Shown here: one piece after another, positions 1 to 10,326 of the stretch | Numbering within the stretch: the stretch's first letter is position 1 | Layout: the number at the start of each line of letters is the position of its first letter | Source: an uncultured delta proteobacterium | Lineage (GTDB): Bacteria > Myxococcota_A > Polyangia > Fen-1088 | Assembly (NCBI GenBank): GCA_963767925.1 | Contig: CAVYGB010000010.1 | Coordinates: 1,152,001-1,216,000, forward strand | DNA: 64,000 bases | Direction of reading: 5' to 3' | Translations under genes and position numbers: made by a program | Notes under the pieces: model-generated | The model's database searches: none | Told to the model about the DNA's origin: nothing | Seen by the model: the letters and a program-made list of their open reading frames with translations, nothing else

Positions 1-216
1 CGCATCGTCACCCTCCACATCAAGGACCGCAAGAAGGACCAGGGACCGCTCACCGCCTTCGGCGAGGGCGACGCCCCCATCCGCCAGGTCCTGGCCCTCC
101 TGCGCGACAAGAAGTGGCCCATCCCGGCCAACATCGAGTTCGAATACAAGGCCGACGATCCGGTCGCCGAGGTCAAGCGCTGCCTGGAATATTGCCAGCG
201 CGCCCTGGTCGCCTGA
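1..216 (+). CDS. Sugar phosphate isomerase/epimerase (TIM-barrel, AP endonuclease 2 family), 3' part only
   Basis: Frame 1 reads [15 protein letters not shown]...[12 protein letters not shown]...ANIEFEY...LVA*; the H-x-K-D, GEG and IE motifs are typical; truncated by window start. Confidence 0.8.
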   Translation, partial: RIVTLHIKDRKKDQGPLTAFGEGDAPIRQVLALLRDKKWPIPANIEFEYKADDPVAEVKRCLEYCQRALVA

Positions 217-231
217 CCCGCCCTTCACCGG

Positions 232-274
232 AAAAACGCAGCGGGCCCCGCGCCATCCCTGGCGGGGCCCGCTG
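232..274 (-). terminator. Intrinsic terminator hairpin between convergent genes
   Basis: CAGCGGGCCCC(239-249)/GGGGCCCGCTG(264-274) stem preceded by an A-run (U-tract on the minus strand). Confidence 0.6.
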
Positions 275-303
275 ACTCTCTCCCTCTCTACCCGAAGCTC
301 TTC

Positions 304-1119
304 TCAGAAGCGCAGGGCCAGACCACCGCGCACGTGGGTGGCGCGCTCGTGGCTCTCGAAGGCGCCGCTGGCCGTCTCGTCGAAGCCGAGGCGGTGCATC
401 TGGGCGATCTGGCCGTCGAGCACGACGTGGCGGCCCAGGCGCAGCTCGAGGCCGACGCCGAAGCGACCCAGGAGCTGGACGGCGTGCACCTCGAGGTCGT
501 TGGCCCGCAGCTCGGCCCGGCCGAGCCCGCCGGCCAGCTCGAGGTAGGGGGCCAGGGCGGCGTTCCAGAGGAAGACCCGGCCCGAGACCAGGCCGCCGAC
601 GTCGGAGCGACGGGTGTCGTCCGAGGGGCGGCGCGCGCCCAGCGACTGCAGCTCGAGCGAGAGCAGGCTGTGCGACGAGGTCCGGAACTGCAGGGCCGCG
701 GCCACGCCCCCCAGCGGGAGCTGGTCGGTCTGCGGGGCCTCGACCAGGCCGGTCACCGCCAGGCCGATGTCGGGCGCCCCGTAGCGGTGCCGGTAGCCCT
801 GCACCGCCAGCGGCGGGGGCGGCGGCGGGGCGGCCGGCGGCGGCGGCGGGTAGGAATAGCCGTAGGCCGGCGGCGGAGGGGGCGGCGGGGGCGCCGGGTA
901 CCCGTATTCGTAATAGTAGTGGGGCCGGTGGAACCAGTTGTGGACCGCCGCGCCGGCGATGACACCGACGCCGAAGCCCAGCCAGCCGCCCCCGCCGCCG
1001 CGCCGCCAGCGCCCGCGCGCCTCGGCGTCGCCGGGCGAGAGCGACAGGGCGAAGAACAGGGCCAGCGCGGCGCCGGCAATCGACGTGATGCGAACGAGGG
1101 TCTTCTTTGCTGCAAACAT
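304..1119 (-). CDS. Secreted Gly/Pro-rich protein with C-terminal outer-membrane beta-barrel-like domain
   Basis: Start MFAAKK after a GGAGG RBS; signal peptide (AEA); poly-Pro linker; alternating beta-strands ending in terminal Phe (GGLALRF). Confidence 0.65.
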   Translation of the reverse strand: MFAAKKTLVRITSIAGAALALFFALSLSPGDAEARGRWRRGGGGGWLGFGVGVIAGAAVHNWFHRPHYYYEYGYPAPPPPPPPPAYGYSYPPPPPAAPPPPPPLAVQGYRHRYGAPDIGLAVTGLVEAPQTDQLPLGGVAAALQFRTSSHSLLSLELQSLGARRPSDDTRRSDVGGLVSGRVFLWNAALAPYLELAGGLGRAELRANDLEVHAVQLLGRFGVGLELRLGRHVVLDGQIAQMHRLGFDETASGAFESHERATHVRGGLALRF

Positions 1120-1462
1120 GGTCCGCGCCTCCGGCACGAGTGACATGTCCCGGGATACAGCATCCGACGTGCCACCCGCGGGCCCGGAAAACCGCGGCGT
1201 CACGGCCTCTCCGGGGCGGCGCACCCCGGCTGTGGCCCGATCACCACGGCGCGCACCGTGACCCCCGGGAACAGTGGGCCCCCTCCCCACCTGCGCGCGG
1301 CGCGCGCAACCGATCGCCCGCGCCGTCCGAAGCCCGGAGGTGCCGACGTCATCCCAGCCGCCGCGATCGAAACAAAACGCGACGCCGTTTCGGCCCGTCC
1401 GCCGCCGCCCTGCGGTGGTCGCCCGGGTCGAGGTCGGTGTATAAGTGGCGGCCGTGATCGCC

Positions 1463-2545
1463 ATGAGGGGGGCCGTGCGATTCCTTGCTCTCGCTGCCGC
1501 GTGCGCGCTGGCGTTGCAGGCGCCGGCGCGCCTGGCCTCGGCGCAGGCCGTCGAGGATCCCGAAGCGCTGATCCGCCAGGGGGTCAACCGGCGCCACCTG
1601 GGCGACAACCAGGGCGCCTACCGGCTGTTCATGCGGGCCTATAGCGCCCGCCGCACGGCCAAGGCCGCCGCCCAGCTCGGCTCCTGTGAATACGAGATCG
1701 GGCTGTGGGTCGAGTCGGAGGCGCACATCACCGAGGCGCTGCGCGCGGTCGGCGACGCCTGGATCGAGTCCAACCGGGCCCAGCTCGTGCTGGTGATGAA
1801 CAACCTGCGCACGGTGCTCGGGCGGCTCGAGGTGGTGGGCCGCCCCGCCGGCGCCGAGGTCGAGGTGGCCGGCCGGGCGATGGGCACCTTGCCGCTCGAG
1901 GGCCCCCTGCGCGTGGTCAAGGGCGAGATCGCCGTGCGCGTGTCGGCCCCCGGCCACCGCCCCCTGATGCGCTCGGTGACGGTCGCGGCCAACGAGCTGG
2001 CCCAGGTTGTCGTCGAGCTGGACCGGGCCGAGCCCGGCGAGGTGGCAGCCGGGTCGGTGCGACCGGTGGCGCGCAACCCCTACGCCGGCGCAGGGGGCCC
2101 CGCCCTCCCCCCCGACCACCTCCCCAACTACTTGAGCGACGGGCCCGCCGCGAGCCTGCCCGACTGGCGGGTGCCCGCGGCCTGGGCCAGCGCCGGCGTG
2201 GCCGCCCTGCTCGGGGTGGGCGCCGGGGTCGGCGCCTGGGTCTCCTACTCGAACGTCAAGCAGTTCAACGACCACACCAGCGCCCCCAACACCTTCAACA
2301 AGCGCTGCAACCAGCGCGCGGCCGACGACGGCGGCGGGCGCTGCCCGGGCTGGCTGTCGACCGCCGAGACCTCCAGGACGCTGGCCATCGCCGCCGGGGC
2401 GGGGGCCGGGGCGGCCGCGGTGGTGGCGATCATCCTGTTCGCCACCACGCCCGACGACGGGCTGTCCGGACGCCGGGCCCAGCGCGCCCTGACCTGCGGG
2501 CCGGGCCCGGGCGCCGCCGGCGGGGCTTGCCTCTGGCGTTTCTGA
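1463..2545 (+). CDS. TPR + PEGA domain secreted/membrane protein
   Basis: Signal peptide; TPR-like helices; GRPAGAEVEVAGRAMGTLPL PEGA motif; C-terminal TM helices; typical myxobacterial architecture. Confidence 0.75.
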   Translation: MRGAVRFLALAAACALALQAPARLASAQAVEDPEALIRQGVNRRHLGDNQGAYRLFMRAYSARRTAKAAAQLGSCEYEIGLWVESEAHITEALRAVGDAWIESNRAQLVLVMNNLRTVLGRLEVVGRPAGAEVEVAGRAMGTLPLEGPLRVVKGEIAVRVSAPGHRPLMRSVTVAANELAQVVVELDRAEPGEVAAGSVRPVARNPYAGAGGPALPPDHLPNYLSDGPAASLPDWRVPAAWASAGVAALLGVGAGVGAWVSYSNVKQFNDHTSAPNTFNKRCNQRAADDGGGRCPGWLSTAETSRTLAIAAGAGAGAAAVVAIILFATTPDDGLSGRRAQRALTCGPGPGAAGGACLWRF

Positions 2546-2553
2546 CGGTAGCG

Positions 2554-5500
2554 ATGTCGACCGCCGCTGTCGGGCTGGGCGTGCTGGGCGCCGCCGCCGC
2601 GAACGCGGCGCCGGGTGGTCCCGGCGGGCTGGCGGCCCTGAGCGAGGGCCAGGTGCTGGCCGGGCACTTCCGGCTGCGCCGGATCTACCAGGGCCCGGAT
2701 GGACAGGCTCGCGGAGCCCGTTTCCTCCACGACAGCGGCATGCCGGTCGACCTGCTGTTTTTCCCCTCGGCGCCCCGGCTCTCGATCTACGCGCGCACCC
2801 TGCCGGTCTCGGACAAGGGCGAGCCTCACACCGGCGAGCACCTGCTGCTCGGCAAGGGCCGCACCGGCCGCACGCTCACCGGGCTCATGGAGATGCGGCT
2901 GGGCGCGCACTCGGCCGAGACCCACCCCGACATGGTCTGCTACCACTTCCGGGCCTCCGTCGGTCCGGAGGACTTCCTCGACCTCACCGCGGCCATGATG
3001 ACGGCGCTGCTGCGGCCCGACTACACCGACGAGGAGATCCGGCGGGAGGTGGCCCACGTCGAGGCGGTGCCTGGCCCCGCCGGCACGCTCCGGCTCGAGG
3101 AGAAGGGGACCGTCTACAACGAGATGGTCGCCACCGTGCAGGAGCAAAACTCGGTGATCTGGCAGCAGGTGCGCGCCCTGGGCTACGGGGCGGGCCACCC
3201 GCTGGCCCACGACGCCGGCGGCCTGCCCGAGGGGATCCGGGCGCTCGGCCCGGAGGAGGTGCGGCGCTTTCACGCCGCCAACTACCACCTGGGCCCGAAC
3301 ATGGCGATGGTGGCGGTGGTGCCGCTCACCTGGTCGGCCGAGGACTACCTCGCCCGCCTGCAGGCGGTGCTGGCCCGGGTCGAGCCGGAGCCGCCCCGCC
3401 TGCGCTACCCGACCCTGCCCGCGCCGCGCCCGGTGCAGCCCCCCGGCATCCGGATCGGCAAGTTCCCCTCCGCCGACCAGAGCTCTGCCCAGGGCGTGGT
3501 GCTCGCCTGGCCGCCCCTTATGGGCCCCACCTTGCGCGAGGAGCTGCGGATCGGCCTGCTGCTGTCGGTGCTCGGCTCGGGCGACGCCTCCCTCCTGCAC
3601 CGCGATCTGGTCGACGGCAAGACCCGCCTGATCGACACCGGCGCCACCGGGGTGGGGACCTACATCGACGACGGGCTGCTGCCGATGCCGACCGTCTCGC
3701 TCGGCGGGCTGCGCCTGGACACGATCACCCGCCCGGTGCTCGGCCGCCTGCGCACGCTGGTGCAGCGGCGCATCCGCTGGCTGGCCGACCTGCCCGCGGG
3801 CAGCCCCGATCTCCTCCAGGTGGCCGAGCGGGCCCGGGCCCTGCTGGCGGCGCAGCGGCGGGGCGTGTTGCGCGCGCTCGACGACGCGCCCGGCTTCGGC
3901 GACAGCAACGGCGCCGCCGGCTGGCACCGCTACCTCGACACCCTCGAGCGGGAGGGCGGCTTCCAGGCACCGCTGCTGCCAGAGGCCGTCTTCGCCGAGC
4001 TCGAGCGGGATCTCGCCGGCGGGACCAACCTGTGGCGGGCCATCGCCGAGCGGGCGGGGCTGCTCGGCGTGCCCCACGTGATCTCGGCCCGCCCCGAGCC
4101 GAAGCTGCTGGCCCGCGATCGCAAGGAGCGCGAGGCCCGCATCCAGGGCAAGCTGCGCGCGCTCAAGGCCCGCCTGGGGGTGCGCGAGGAGCAGGCCGCC
4201 CTGGCCCGCTTCAAGGAAGAGTTCGACGCCAGCACCCGGACCCTCGAGGCGCGCAACCAGACCGTCCCGCTCCCGAGCTTCCTGGCCAACCCACCGCTGA
4301 CCCGCGACGACGCCCCCTTCCTGCGCGGGCAGCTCCCCGGCGCGGTCCCGGTGGTGCGCACCCACTTCGACTCGACCGTCTTCACCGACGCCTCCCTGGC
4401 CTTCGACCTGCGCGGCCTGCCGGCCGCCGACGCGGAGGTCCTGCCGCTGCTGAGCACCATCGACGACCTCGGCGTCACGACCCGGGAAGGGGAGGTCCTC
4501 GACTACGCCGCCACCGAGGAGCGGATGCGGGCCAGCGTGTACAGCGTCGGCCTGGGCCTCAGCCTCAACGCCCGCACCCGCCGGGCCGAGCTGGTGCTGG
4601 GCGGCACCGCCTCCAGCGCCGAGGAGATCGGGCGGCTGGCCGGGTGGATCGACACTTACTTGCACCGGGCCCGCCTCGACCCTTCGGTGCGGGGGCGGCT
4701 CGTCGACGTCGTGCGGGGGCGGATCCTGGCCCTGCGCGGGCTGTTCCAGACCGACCCCGATAGCTGGGCCGGGCAGGTCGCGGACGTTATCGATCACGAG
4801 GACCAGCCCTTTTACCTGGCGGTCCACAGCCCGTTCACCAGCCTCTATTATCTACAGCGCTGGCGCTGGCGGCTCGAGGACCCGGCGCCCGAGGGCCGGG
4901 ACCGGCTGCGCGCCAGCATCGCCCAGGTCGCCGCGGCGGTGGCGGCGGGCGACCGGCCGGCGCTGGCCAAGCAGCTCGCCGGCCTGACCGGCGACCTCGG
5001 CGAGCAGCTCCGCTTCGAGCTCGACCACCTGCCGCCCGACACCTGGGCGCGCGATCTGACCCGCCTGGTACGGGAGATCGAGGCCGACCTGGCGGTGGCG
5101 CCGGCCGGGGTATTCGACCGGCTGCGGGGGGCGCTGGCCCGGATCCGGGTGCGGGCGGGCGCGCGGGTCCAGATCACGAGCAGCACGGCCAATGCCGATC
5201 GGGCCAGCGCCGCGCTCGAGCCGCTGCTGGCAGCGCTGCCCGCCGGGGAGCGGCGGGAGGCCGCCGGAGCCGCCCCGCCGGCCCGCGGGTGGATCCGCGA
5301 GCGGCTGCGCGAGCGCTACCCGACGATCGCGCTCGGCCCCCACCTGGCCCTGGTCCACGACAGCGCGAGCGGCGCCACCCACCACATCGTCGTGCCGGGC
5401 CCCGACTACCGGCGCGTCGACCGGGAGGCGGTGCTGGATCTGCTGACAGTGGGGCTGTTCGCGGGGGGCGGGCCCTCCTCGCTGTTCATGCACACCTGGG

Positions 5501-6021
5501 CCGCCGGCCTGGCCTACAGCAACGGCATCACCGCCCACCTCACCCGCGGGCGCATCGTCTATTCGGCCCAGCGCTGCCCCGATCCGGTCGAGACCATCCG
5601 CTTCGTCGCCGGCTTCGCGAAGTCGGCCCGGGTGGACCGGGATCTCGTGGAGGCCAGCCTGGCCTTCACCTTCGGGGACTACGCCGGCGACGAGAGCTTT
5701 TCCACCCGGGGCGCCCGCATCGCGGGGGACGTCCTCGACGGCCTCGAGCCAGACCGCGTCCGCGCCTTCAAGACCGAGGTGCTGGCGGTGGCCCGGGAGG
5801 CGGACGCCCCCGAGCGGCTGGCCCGGCGCATCCCCCAGGTGCTGGGCCAGGTCCTCGTCGGGGCCGGCGGCAAGGTCGCGGCCGGTCCGGCCCGGGTGGC
5901 CCTGGTCGCCGGCCCGACCCGCCTGCTCGATCGCTATCAGACCTTCCTCGAGGAGAACGGCGAGGCCACCACCTTGCCCCGCCTCTACCCCCGCGACTTC
6001 TGGCCGCCAGAAAAACCCTGA
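2554..6021 (+). CDS. M16 (insulinase/presequence protease-like) zinc metallopeptidase
   Basis: Inverted zinc motif HTGEH; KGTVYNEM; AGGLPEGI; FHAANYH; ~1150 aa; start uncertain. Confidence 0.8.
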   Translation: MSTAAVGLGVLGAAAANAAPGGPGGLAALSEGQVLAGHFRLRRIYQGPDGQARGARFLHDSGMPVDLLFFPSAPRLSIYARTLPVSDKGEPHTGEHLLLGKGRTGRTLTGLMEMRLGAHSAETHPDMVCYHFRASVGPEDFLDLTAAMMTALLRPDYTDEEIRREVAHVEAVPGPAGTLRLEEKGTVYNEMVATVQEQNSVIWQQVRALGYGAGHPLAHDAGGLPEGIRALGPEEVRRFHAANYHLGPNMAMVAVVPLTWSAEDYLARLQAVLARVEPEPPRLRYPTLPAPRPVQPPGIRIGKFPSADQSSAQGVVLAWPPLMGPTLREELRIGLLLSVLGSGDASLLHRDLVDGKTRLIDTGATGVGTYIDDGLLPMPTVSLGGLRLDTITRPVLGRLRTLVQRRIRWLADLPAGSPDLLQVAERARALLAAQRRGVLRALDDAPGFGDSNGAAGWHRYLDTLEREGGFQAPLLPEAVFAELERDLAGGTNLWRAIAERAGLLGVPHVISARPEPKLLARDRKEREARIQGKLRALKARLGVREEQAALARFKEEFDASTRTLEARNQTVPLPSFLANPPLTRDDAPFLRGQLPGAVPVVRTHFDSTVFTDASLAFDLRGLPAADAEVLPLLSTIDDLGVTTREGEVLDYAATEERMRASVYSVGLGLSLNARTRRAELVLGGTASSAEEIGRLAGWIDTYLHRARLDPSVRGRLVDVVRGRILALRGLFQTDPDSWAGQVADVIDHEDQPFYLAVHSPFTSLYYLQRWRWRLEDPAPEGRDRLRASIAQVAAAVAAGDRPALAKQLAGLTGDLGEQLRFELDHLPPDTWARDLTRLVREIEADLAVAPAGVFDRLRGALARIRVRAGARVQITSSTANADRASAALEPLLAALPAGERREAAGAAPPARGWIRERLRERYPTIALGPHLALVHDSASGATHHIVVPGPDYRRVDREAVLDLLTVGLFAGGGPSSLFMHTWAAGLAYSNGITAHLTRGRIVYSAQRCPDPVETIRFVAGFAKSARVDRDLVEASLAFTFGDYAGDESFSTRGARIAGDVLDGLEPDRVRAFKTEVLAVAREADAPERLARRIPQVLGQVLVGAGGKVAAGPARVALVAGPTRLLDRYQTFLEENGEATTLPRLYPRDFWPPEKP

Positions 6022-6024
6022 CCG

Positions 6025-7122
6025 TCAGCGCGGAGCCAGCGGCAAGGGCGGAGCGGCCTGGGGGTGGGCCGCCGCGAAGTCCTCCCCGGCCAGCACGCCC
6101 ACGGTGGCCGCCACCTGGGCCAGGGTCAGCGGCGGGTGCTCGCCCCGCTCGCCCAGCGCCGGGATACCCGGCCCGATCGCCGCCACCCAGACGTTCTCGG
6201 CGCCCGGGATCTCCGCGCCGTGCCGGCCCCAGCCGTCGGGGCCGTCGCCGCGCCCGTGGTCGGTGGTGACGAGCAGCGAGGTCTGCCCCGCCCACCCCGG
6301 GCGGGTCTGCAGCGCGGCCCACAGCTCGCCCAGCCAGCGATCCGAGCGGCGGACGGCGTCGAGGTAGCGGTCGTACCGTCCTGCGTGGGCCCACTCGTCG
6401 GTGTCCCCGAGCGCCAGGTAGACAACGCGCGGGTCGTGCGCCTGCAGGTGCCCGAGGGCGGCGTGGAACACGAAGGCGTCGTAGACGCTGTCCCGCCAGG
6501 GCGGCGGCGCCTCCGCGCGGAGCCGCTCCAGCAGGCCCGGCCGGGGTGGCAGCGCCGTGCCGGCGTCGATGGTCAGACCGCTGCGCGCCTGGTTGAGGAT
6601 GGCGGGGAAGGCGTCCCAGGAGGTGAAGGCCACCACCCGCCCGGCGAACCCGGGCCGGCGGTCGAGCCATTCGAGCACGGTGGGGTCGGGGTTGGGCACC
6701 CGGGTGTTGTCGCCGATGGTAGGAGAGGCGAACCCGCACAGCAGCTCGTGGTACCCCGGGTAGGAGACCCGGAAGGGGTTGGCCAGCACCACCTTGCTGC
6801 CCCGATCCTGGTTGCCGAGCAGCTGCCCCTGCGCCGCCAGCGCCCCCCACAGGAACGGCATCAGCGCCCGCCGCCGCTCCGCCACACCGCCGCCGCCAGC
6901 CGATCCCGCCGCCGGCGCCGGGTCGGCGCCGGGGCTCGCCGCCAGCGCCGGGTCGGCGCCGCGGAACACCTCCTGCCAGCGCACGCCGTCCAGGGTCACC
7001 AGCACCACCCGGGGGCCCGCCCCCGAAGAGGAAAGCGCCGAGGCAAAGCCCGAGGCACAGCCAGAGGCACAGGCACAGGTCAGCAGGAGCAAGAGCCCGG
7101 CAGCGCCCGATCGCGAGGACAT
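6025..7122 (-). CDS. Alkaline phosphatase superfamily / phosphoglyceromutase-like protein
   Basis: VVLVTLDGVRWQEVF, SYPGYHE, GDTDEWAH, TTDHGRG metal-binding motifs; N-terminal signal. Confidence 0.8.
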   Translation of the reverse strand: MSSRSGAAGLLLLLTCACASGCASGFASALSSSGAGPRVVLVTLDGVRWQEVFRGADPALAASPGADPAPAAGSAGGGGVAERRRALMPFLWGALAAQGQLLGNQDRGSKVVLANPFRVSYPGYHELLCGFASPTIGDNTRVPNPDPTVLEWLDRRPGFAGRVVAFTSWDAFPAILNQARSGLTIDAGTALPPRPGLLERLRAEAPPPWRDSVYDAFVFHAALGHLQAHDPRVVYLALGDTDEWAHAGRYDRYLDAVRRSDRWLGELWAALQTRPGWAGQTSLLVTTDHGRGDGPDGWGRHGAEIPGAENVWVAAIGPGIPALGERGEHPPLTLAQVAATVGVLAGEDFAAAHPQAAPPLPLAPR

Positions 7123-7209
7123 GCCCGCAGGGTTACTCCGCCGGGGCCCCCCGGTAAAGGGCACCCCCGGCCCGAACGTCACGAGTCCACGGGTTGCTAA
7201 GCTTCTCCG

Positions 7210-7611
7210 GTGCCGATCCGGACCAGACGCTGGAACGATCCGGCCGAGCCGGAGGACGGCTTCCGCCTGCTGATCACCCGCTTCCGGCCGCGGGGCGTGG
7301 CCCGCGCCGCGGAGACCTGGGAACAATGGTGGCCCGAGCTGGCCCCCAGCCGCGAGCTGCTCGCCGATTACCACGGCAAGACCGGGGCGCCCATCACCTT
7401 CGCCGCCTACACCCCCCGCTACCTGCAGGAGATGCAGAGCCAGACCTTCCGCCTGCGGGCGCTCGCCGACCGCGCCCGGGAGGGCGAGACCATCACCCTG
7501 CTCTGCTCGTCGGCCTGCACCGATCCGACCCGCTGCCACCGGACCCTGCTGGCCCGCCTGCTCGAGTCCGCCATCAAACCGGGCAAGGGCAGGTCCGGTC
7601 CGTCCCGCTGA
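7210..7611 (+). CDS. DUF488/YeaO family protein
   Basis: DGFRLLITRFRPRGV, W-PELAPS-ELL, ITLLC...CHR. Confidence 0.8.
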   Translation: MPIRTRRWNDPAEPEDGFRLLITRFRPRGVARAAETWEQWWPELAPSRELLADYHGKTGAPITFAAYTPRYLQEMQSQTFRLRALADRAREGETITLLCSSACTDPTRCHRTLLARLLESAIKPGKGRSGPSR

Positions 7612-7629
7612 GCGGGCGCCGGCCCGGTC

Positions 7630-8250
7630 TCAGCCGACCATGCCCTCGTCGGCGACGAAGCGGGCGAGCTGGGCGGGCGAGCGAACGTCGAGCTTGCGGT
7701 TGATGTGCAGGCGGTGGGCGTCCACCGTACGGACGCTGACGCAGAGGGAGCGGGCGATCTCCTTGCTGGAGCGACCATCGATCAACATGCACAGCACCTC
7801 GCGCTCGCGGCGCGAGAGCTGGTCCAGCCCGCGATCGACCTTGCCGGCCTCGAGGTGAGTCCCCAGCGTCGGGCTGAGGTAGACGCCGCCGGCGCGGACC
7901 TGTTCGATGGCTTCGATGATCTGGGACAGCGGCTCGTTCTTGAGGGCGTAGCCGCGCACCCCCGCCTTGAAGGCGTCGCGCACGAACACCGGGTGCGGCT
8001 CACGCCCCAGCATCAAGATCGGCGTCCGGTTGCGCCGCCGCCGCAGCTCGCGGGTCAGCGACACCCCGTCGCTGTCCCCGAGGATGAAGTCGACCAGCGC
8101 GAGATCGGGGCGGCGGGCCTCGATGAGCAGGCAGCCCTCACGCGCGCCGCTCGCTTCTCCGATCACCCGGTAGTCGGTCAGGGTGGACAGGGCGATGCGC
8201 AGGCTCTGGCGGTACGCCAGATGATCTTCGACGAGCACCAGGTCCACCAC
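7630..8250 (-). CDS. NarL/LuxR-family response regulator
   Basis: Receiver LVEDH...PDLALVD...GYALK; HTH LSRREREVL...SKEIARSLCVSVRTVDAHR; start approximate. Confidence 0.9.
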   Translation of the reverse strand: MVDLVLVEDHLAYRQSLRIALSTLTDYRVIGEASGAREGCLLIEARRPDLALVDFILGDSDGVSLTRELRRRRNRTPILMLGREPHPVFVRDAFKAGVRGYALKNEPLSQIIEAIEQVRAGGVYLSPTLGTHLEAGKVDRGLDQLSRREREVLCMLIDGRSSKEIARSLCVSVRTVDAHRLHINRKLDVRSPAQLARFVADEGMVG

Positions 8251-8307
8251 CCAACAATAGGTGCGGGACCGACGCGAGGCCATCGATTCTTCCGGGCGAG
8301 CCTCGCG

Positions 8308-8805
8308 TCAGGTGCGCTCGGCCGACCGCTTCGCCGGCGCCGGCCACTCGGGGCCACTCTCGATGTTCGACCGGGGTGGCGTTCGACTCCGGAGCGAGCG
8401 GCCGAACCCGGCGACGTGTAAAAGGCCCGACAGGGCCGCCGCCTCGACGACGCCGGCGAGCCGGCCCCGGGCGTCCGTGACCACCGCGCACGTCACCCCC
8501 GACGACTCGAACAGCCGGCGCACCCGCTCGACCGGGTCGTCGGCCTTGCAGAACAGCAGCCGGGTGTTCATCACCTCGTCGACCGAGCAGAGCCCGGGCG
8601 CGCGCGACCGAGCCACCACCTTCACGACGATGTCCCGCTCGCTGATCACCCCGGCCACCGAGCCGTCCTTGCGACAGATGGGCAACAGCCGTTGCCCGGA
8701 GCGTTCCATCCGCCGGGCGGCGTTCTCGACGGTCTGACCGCAGGTCAACGGCGGCGGCTGCTTCCCCGGGGGGGCTTCGGTTCGCAGGAGATCGGCGATG
8801 CGCAT
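8308..8805 (-). CDS. CBS domain-containing protein
   Basis: Two CBS repeats (GVISERDIVVKVVA; VVTDARGRLAGVV). Confidence 0.8.
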   Translation of the reverse strand: MRIADLLRTEAPPGKQPPPLTCGQTVENAARRMERSGQRLLPICRKDGSVAGVISERDIVVKVVARSRAPGLCSVDEVMNTRLLFCKADDPVERVRRLFESSGVTCAVVTDARGRLAGVVEAAALSGLLHVAGFGRSLRSRTPPRSNIESGPEWPAPAKRSAERT

Positions 8806-9026
8806 GGGCCGGCTCTTCAGCGTGACCTCCAGACCCGGACGGTGGCATCGGGTTCAGTGCCCAAACGCTGTCCCGGTGCACGACCGGGCTCGGACCGCCC
8901 CTGACGCACCCTCTGCCGCACAGAGCCATGCCGGTGTCGGAGAGTTTCGACTGCGGAAACCTCCTCGAAACCCCCTACCCGACACACTCGAATCACCGGC
9001 TCAGGCACCGGCCCAGGGAGACTTCG

Positions 9027-9215
9027 ATGAACCACGACGAGATCCGTCAGCTGATCAGGATCCGACATGAGCTCCGTCGACTGATCCGAGACCGCGACCA
9101 GGGCCCGGCCCGCCGGTTGCTGGCGCGCATGCGCGCGCTGACCTCCCGCGACTCGCGCGAACGCGCCTCGGTCGAGCCCGAGATCGAAAGGTGGCAGGTC
9201 GCCTTCCAGATCTAG
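9027..9215 (+). CDS. Small hypothetical helical protein (62 aa)
   Basis: GGGAG RBS before MNHDEIRQLIRIRHELRRL; coding-like codon use. Confidence 0.5.
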   Translation: MNHDEIRQLIRIRHELRRLIRDRDQGPARRLLARMRALTSRDSRERASVEPEIERWQVAFQI

Positions 9216-9403
9216 CTTTCGCACCTGCGACCACCCCCAGCGACGCCACGACCCCTGCAAACACGTCCGTCGCCGGGGTGACAGCCCTGCTTCTCCGAGC
9301 GAACAAAACCGCTGCGGCGGGTGTCCAAACGTGCTCTCATCCCGACGGGACGTCGGGCGCACTTTGACCCCCCCGCCCCCCGAGCGCTCAACAAGGAGAA
9401 CAC

Positions 9404-10174
9404 ATGCGTGCAGCGGTAGGACTCTTGGCTCTGCTTCTCGTGCCGGCCGTTGCCCGCGCTCAGGGCGGCAGCATGGCGGCAACCCCGATGGCGGTCGACC
9501 TCAAGAAGGCGACGGTCGGTTCCTGGGCCGAGTACACCATGACGGCCGGTCCCCGGACGAGCAAGCTGCGCTGGTCCCTGGTGGGCCGCGACGGCGAGAG
9601 CCACACCCTCGAGATGGCCATGGAGGGCGGCATGCCCCAGGGCGCCCCGTCCAAGATGACCCTGCAGATGGCCCTGGTGCCCAACCCGACGACCTCGAAC
9701 AAGCCGGTCAAGCGGCTGTTGATGCAGTTCGGAGACATGGACCCGATGGAGATGCCGCTCGACATGCCCCAGATGGCCGAGCAGCGCTTCGAGAAGCCCG
9801 ACCCCAAGAAGCTGGTCGGCAAGGAGAAGATCAAGGTCGCCGCCGGCAGCTTCGCCACCGGCCACTACCGCGACACCGTCCCCCAGGGCACCATCGACGT
9901 CTGGGTGAGCGAGACCATCCCCCCGCTCGGCCTCGTGAAGATGACCCTCACCCCCAAGCCCGGCTCGGCCGGTCCGGGCGGGCCCGTGCCGAACATGGCC
10001 ATCGAGCTGGCGAGCAAGGGCACCGGCGCCAAGCAGGCGATCACGAAGGAAGCCAAGCCCTTCAACCCGGCGATGCTCGGGATGCCCGGCGGCGGCAGCG
10101 GCGCCCACGGCTCCGGCAAGCCCCCCGGGCCCCCGCCGGGCAAGGCCCCGCCCGCCCCGCCGCCCCCGAAGTAA
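9404..10174 (+). CDS. Secreted hypothetical protein with Pro-rich tail
   Basis: AAGGAG RBS; signal peptide (ARAQ); EKIKVAAGSF motif. Confidence 0.7.
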   Translation: MRAAVGLLALLLVPAVARAQGGSMAATPMAVDLKKATVGSWAEYTMTAGPRTSKLRWSLVGRDGESHTLEMAMEGGMPQGAPSKMTLQMALVPNPTTSNKPVKRLLMQFGDMDPMEMPLDMPQMAEQRFEKPDPKKLVGKEKIKVAAGSFATGHYRDTVPQGTIDVWVSETIPPLGLVKMTLTPKPGSAGPGGPVPNMAIELASKGTGAKQAITKEAKPFNPAMLGMPGGGSGAHGSGKPPGPPPGKAPPAPPPPK

Positions 10175-10326
10175 CCGCGACCCCCGACTCCCGACTCCCC
10201 ACGGCCCGAGGCGCCCCCGCGCTTCGGGCCGTCTTGCGTCTGGTCCTCGCGCGCGTGAAGTGATTCCCCGCAGCGACGGAGCCTTTGCAGATTCCGCGTA
10301 TTATCCTCGCCGACATGAGGCGAGCA

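Noticed and set aside
1705..2553. N-terminal extensions of track ORFs (also 46598-50206, 45981-47663, 60074-63415, 21490-23658)
   Set aside because: They overlap genuine upstream genes in another frame; real starts are downstream
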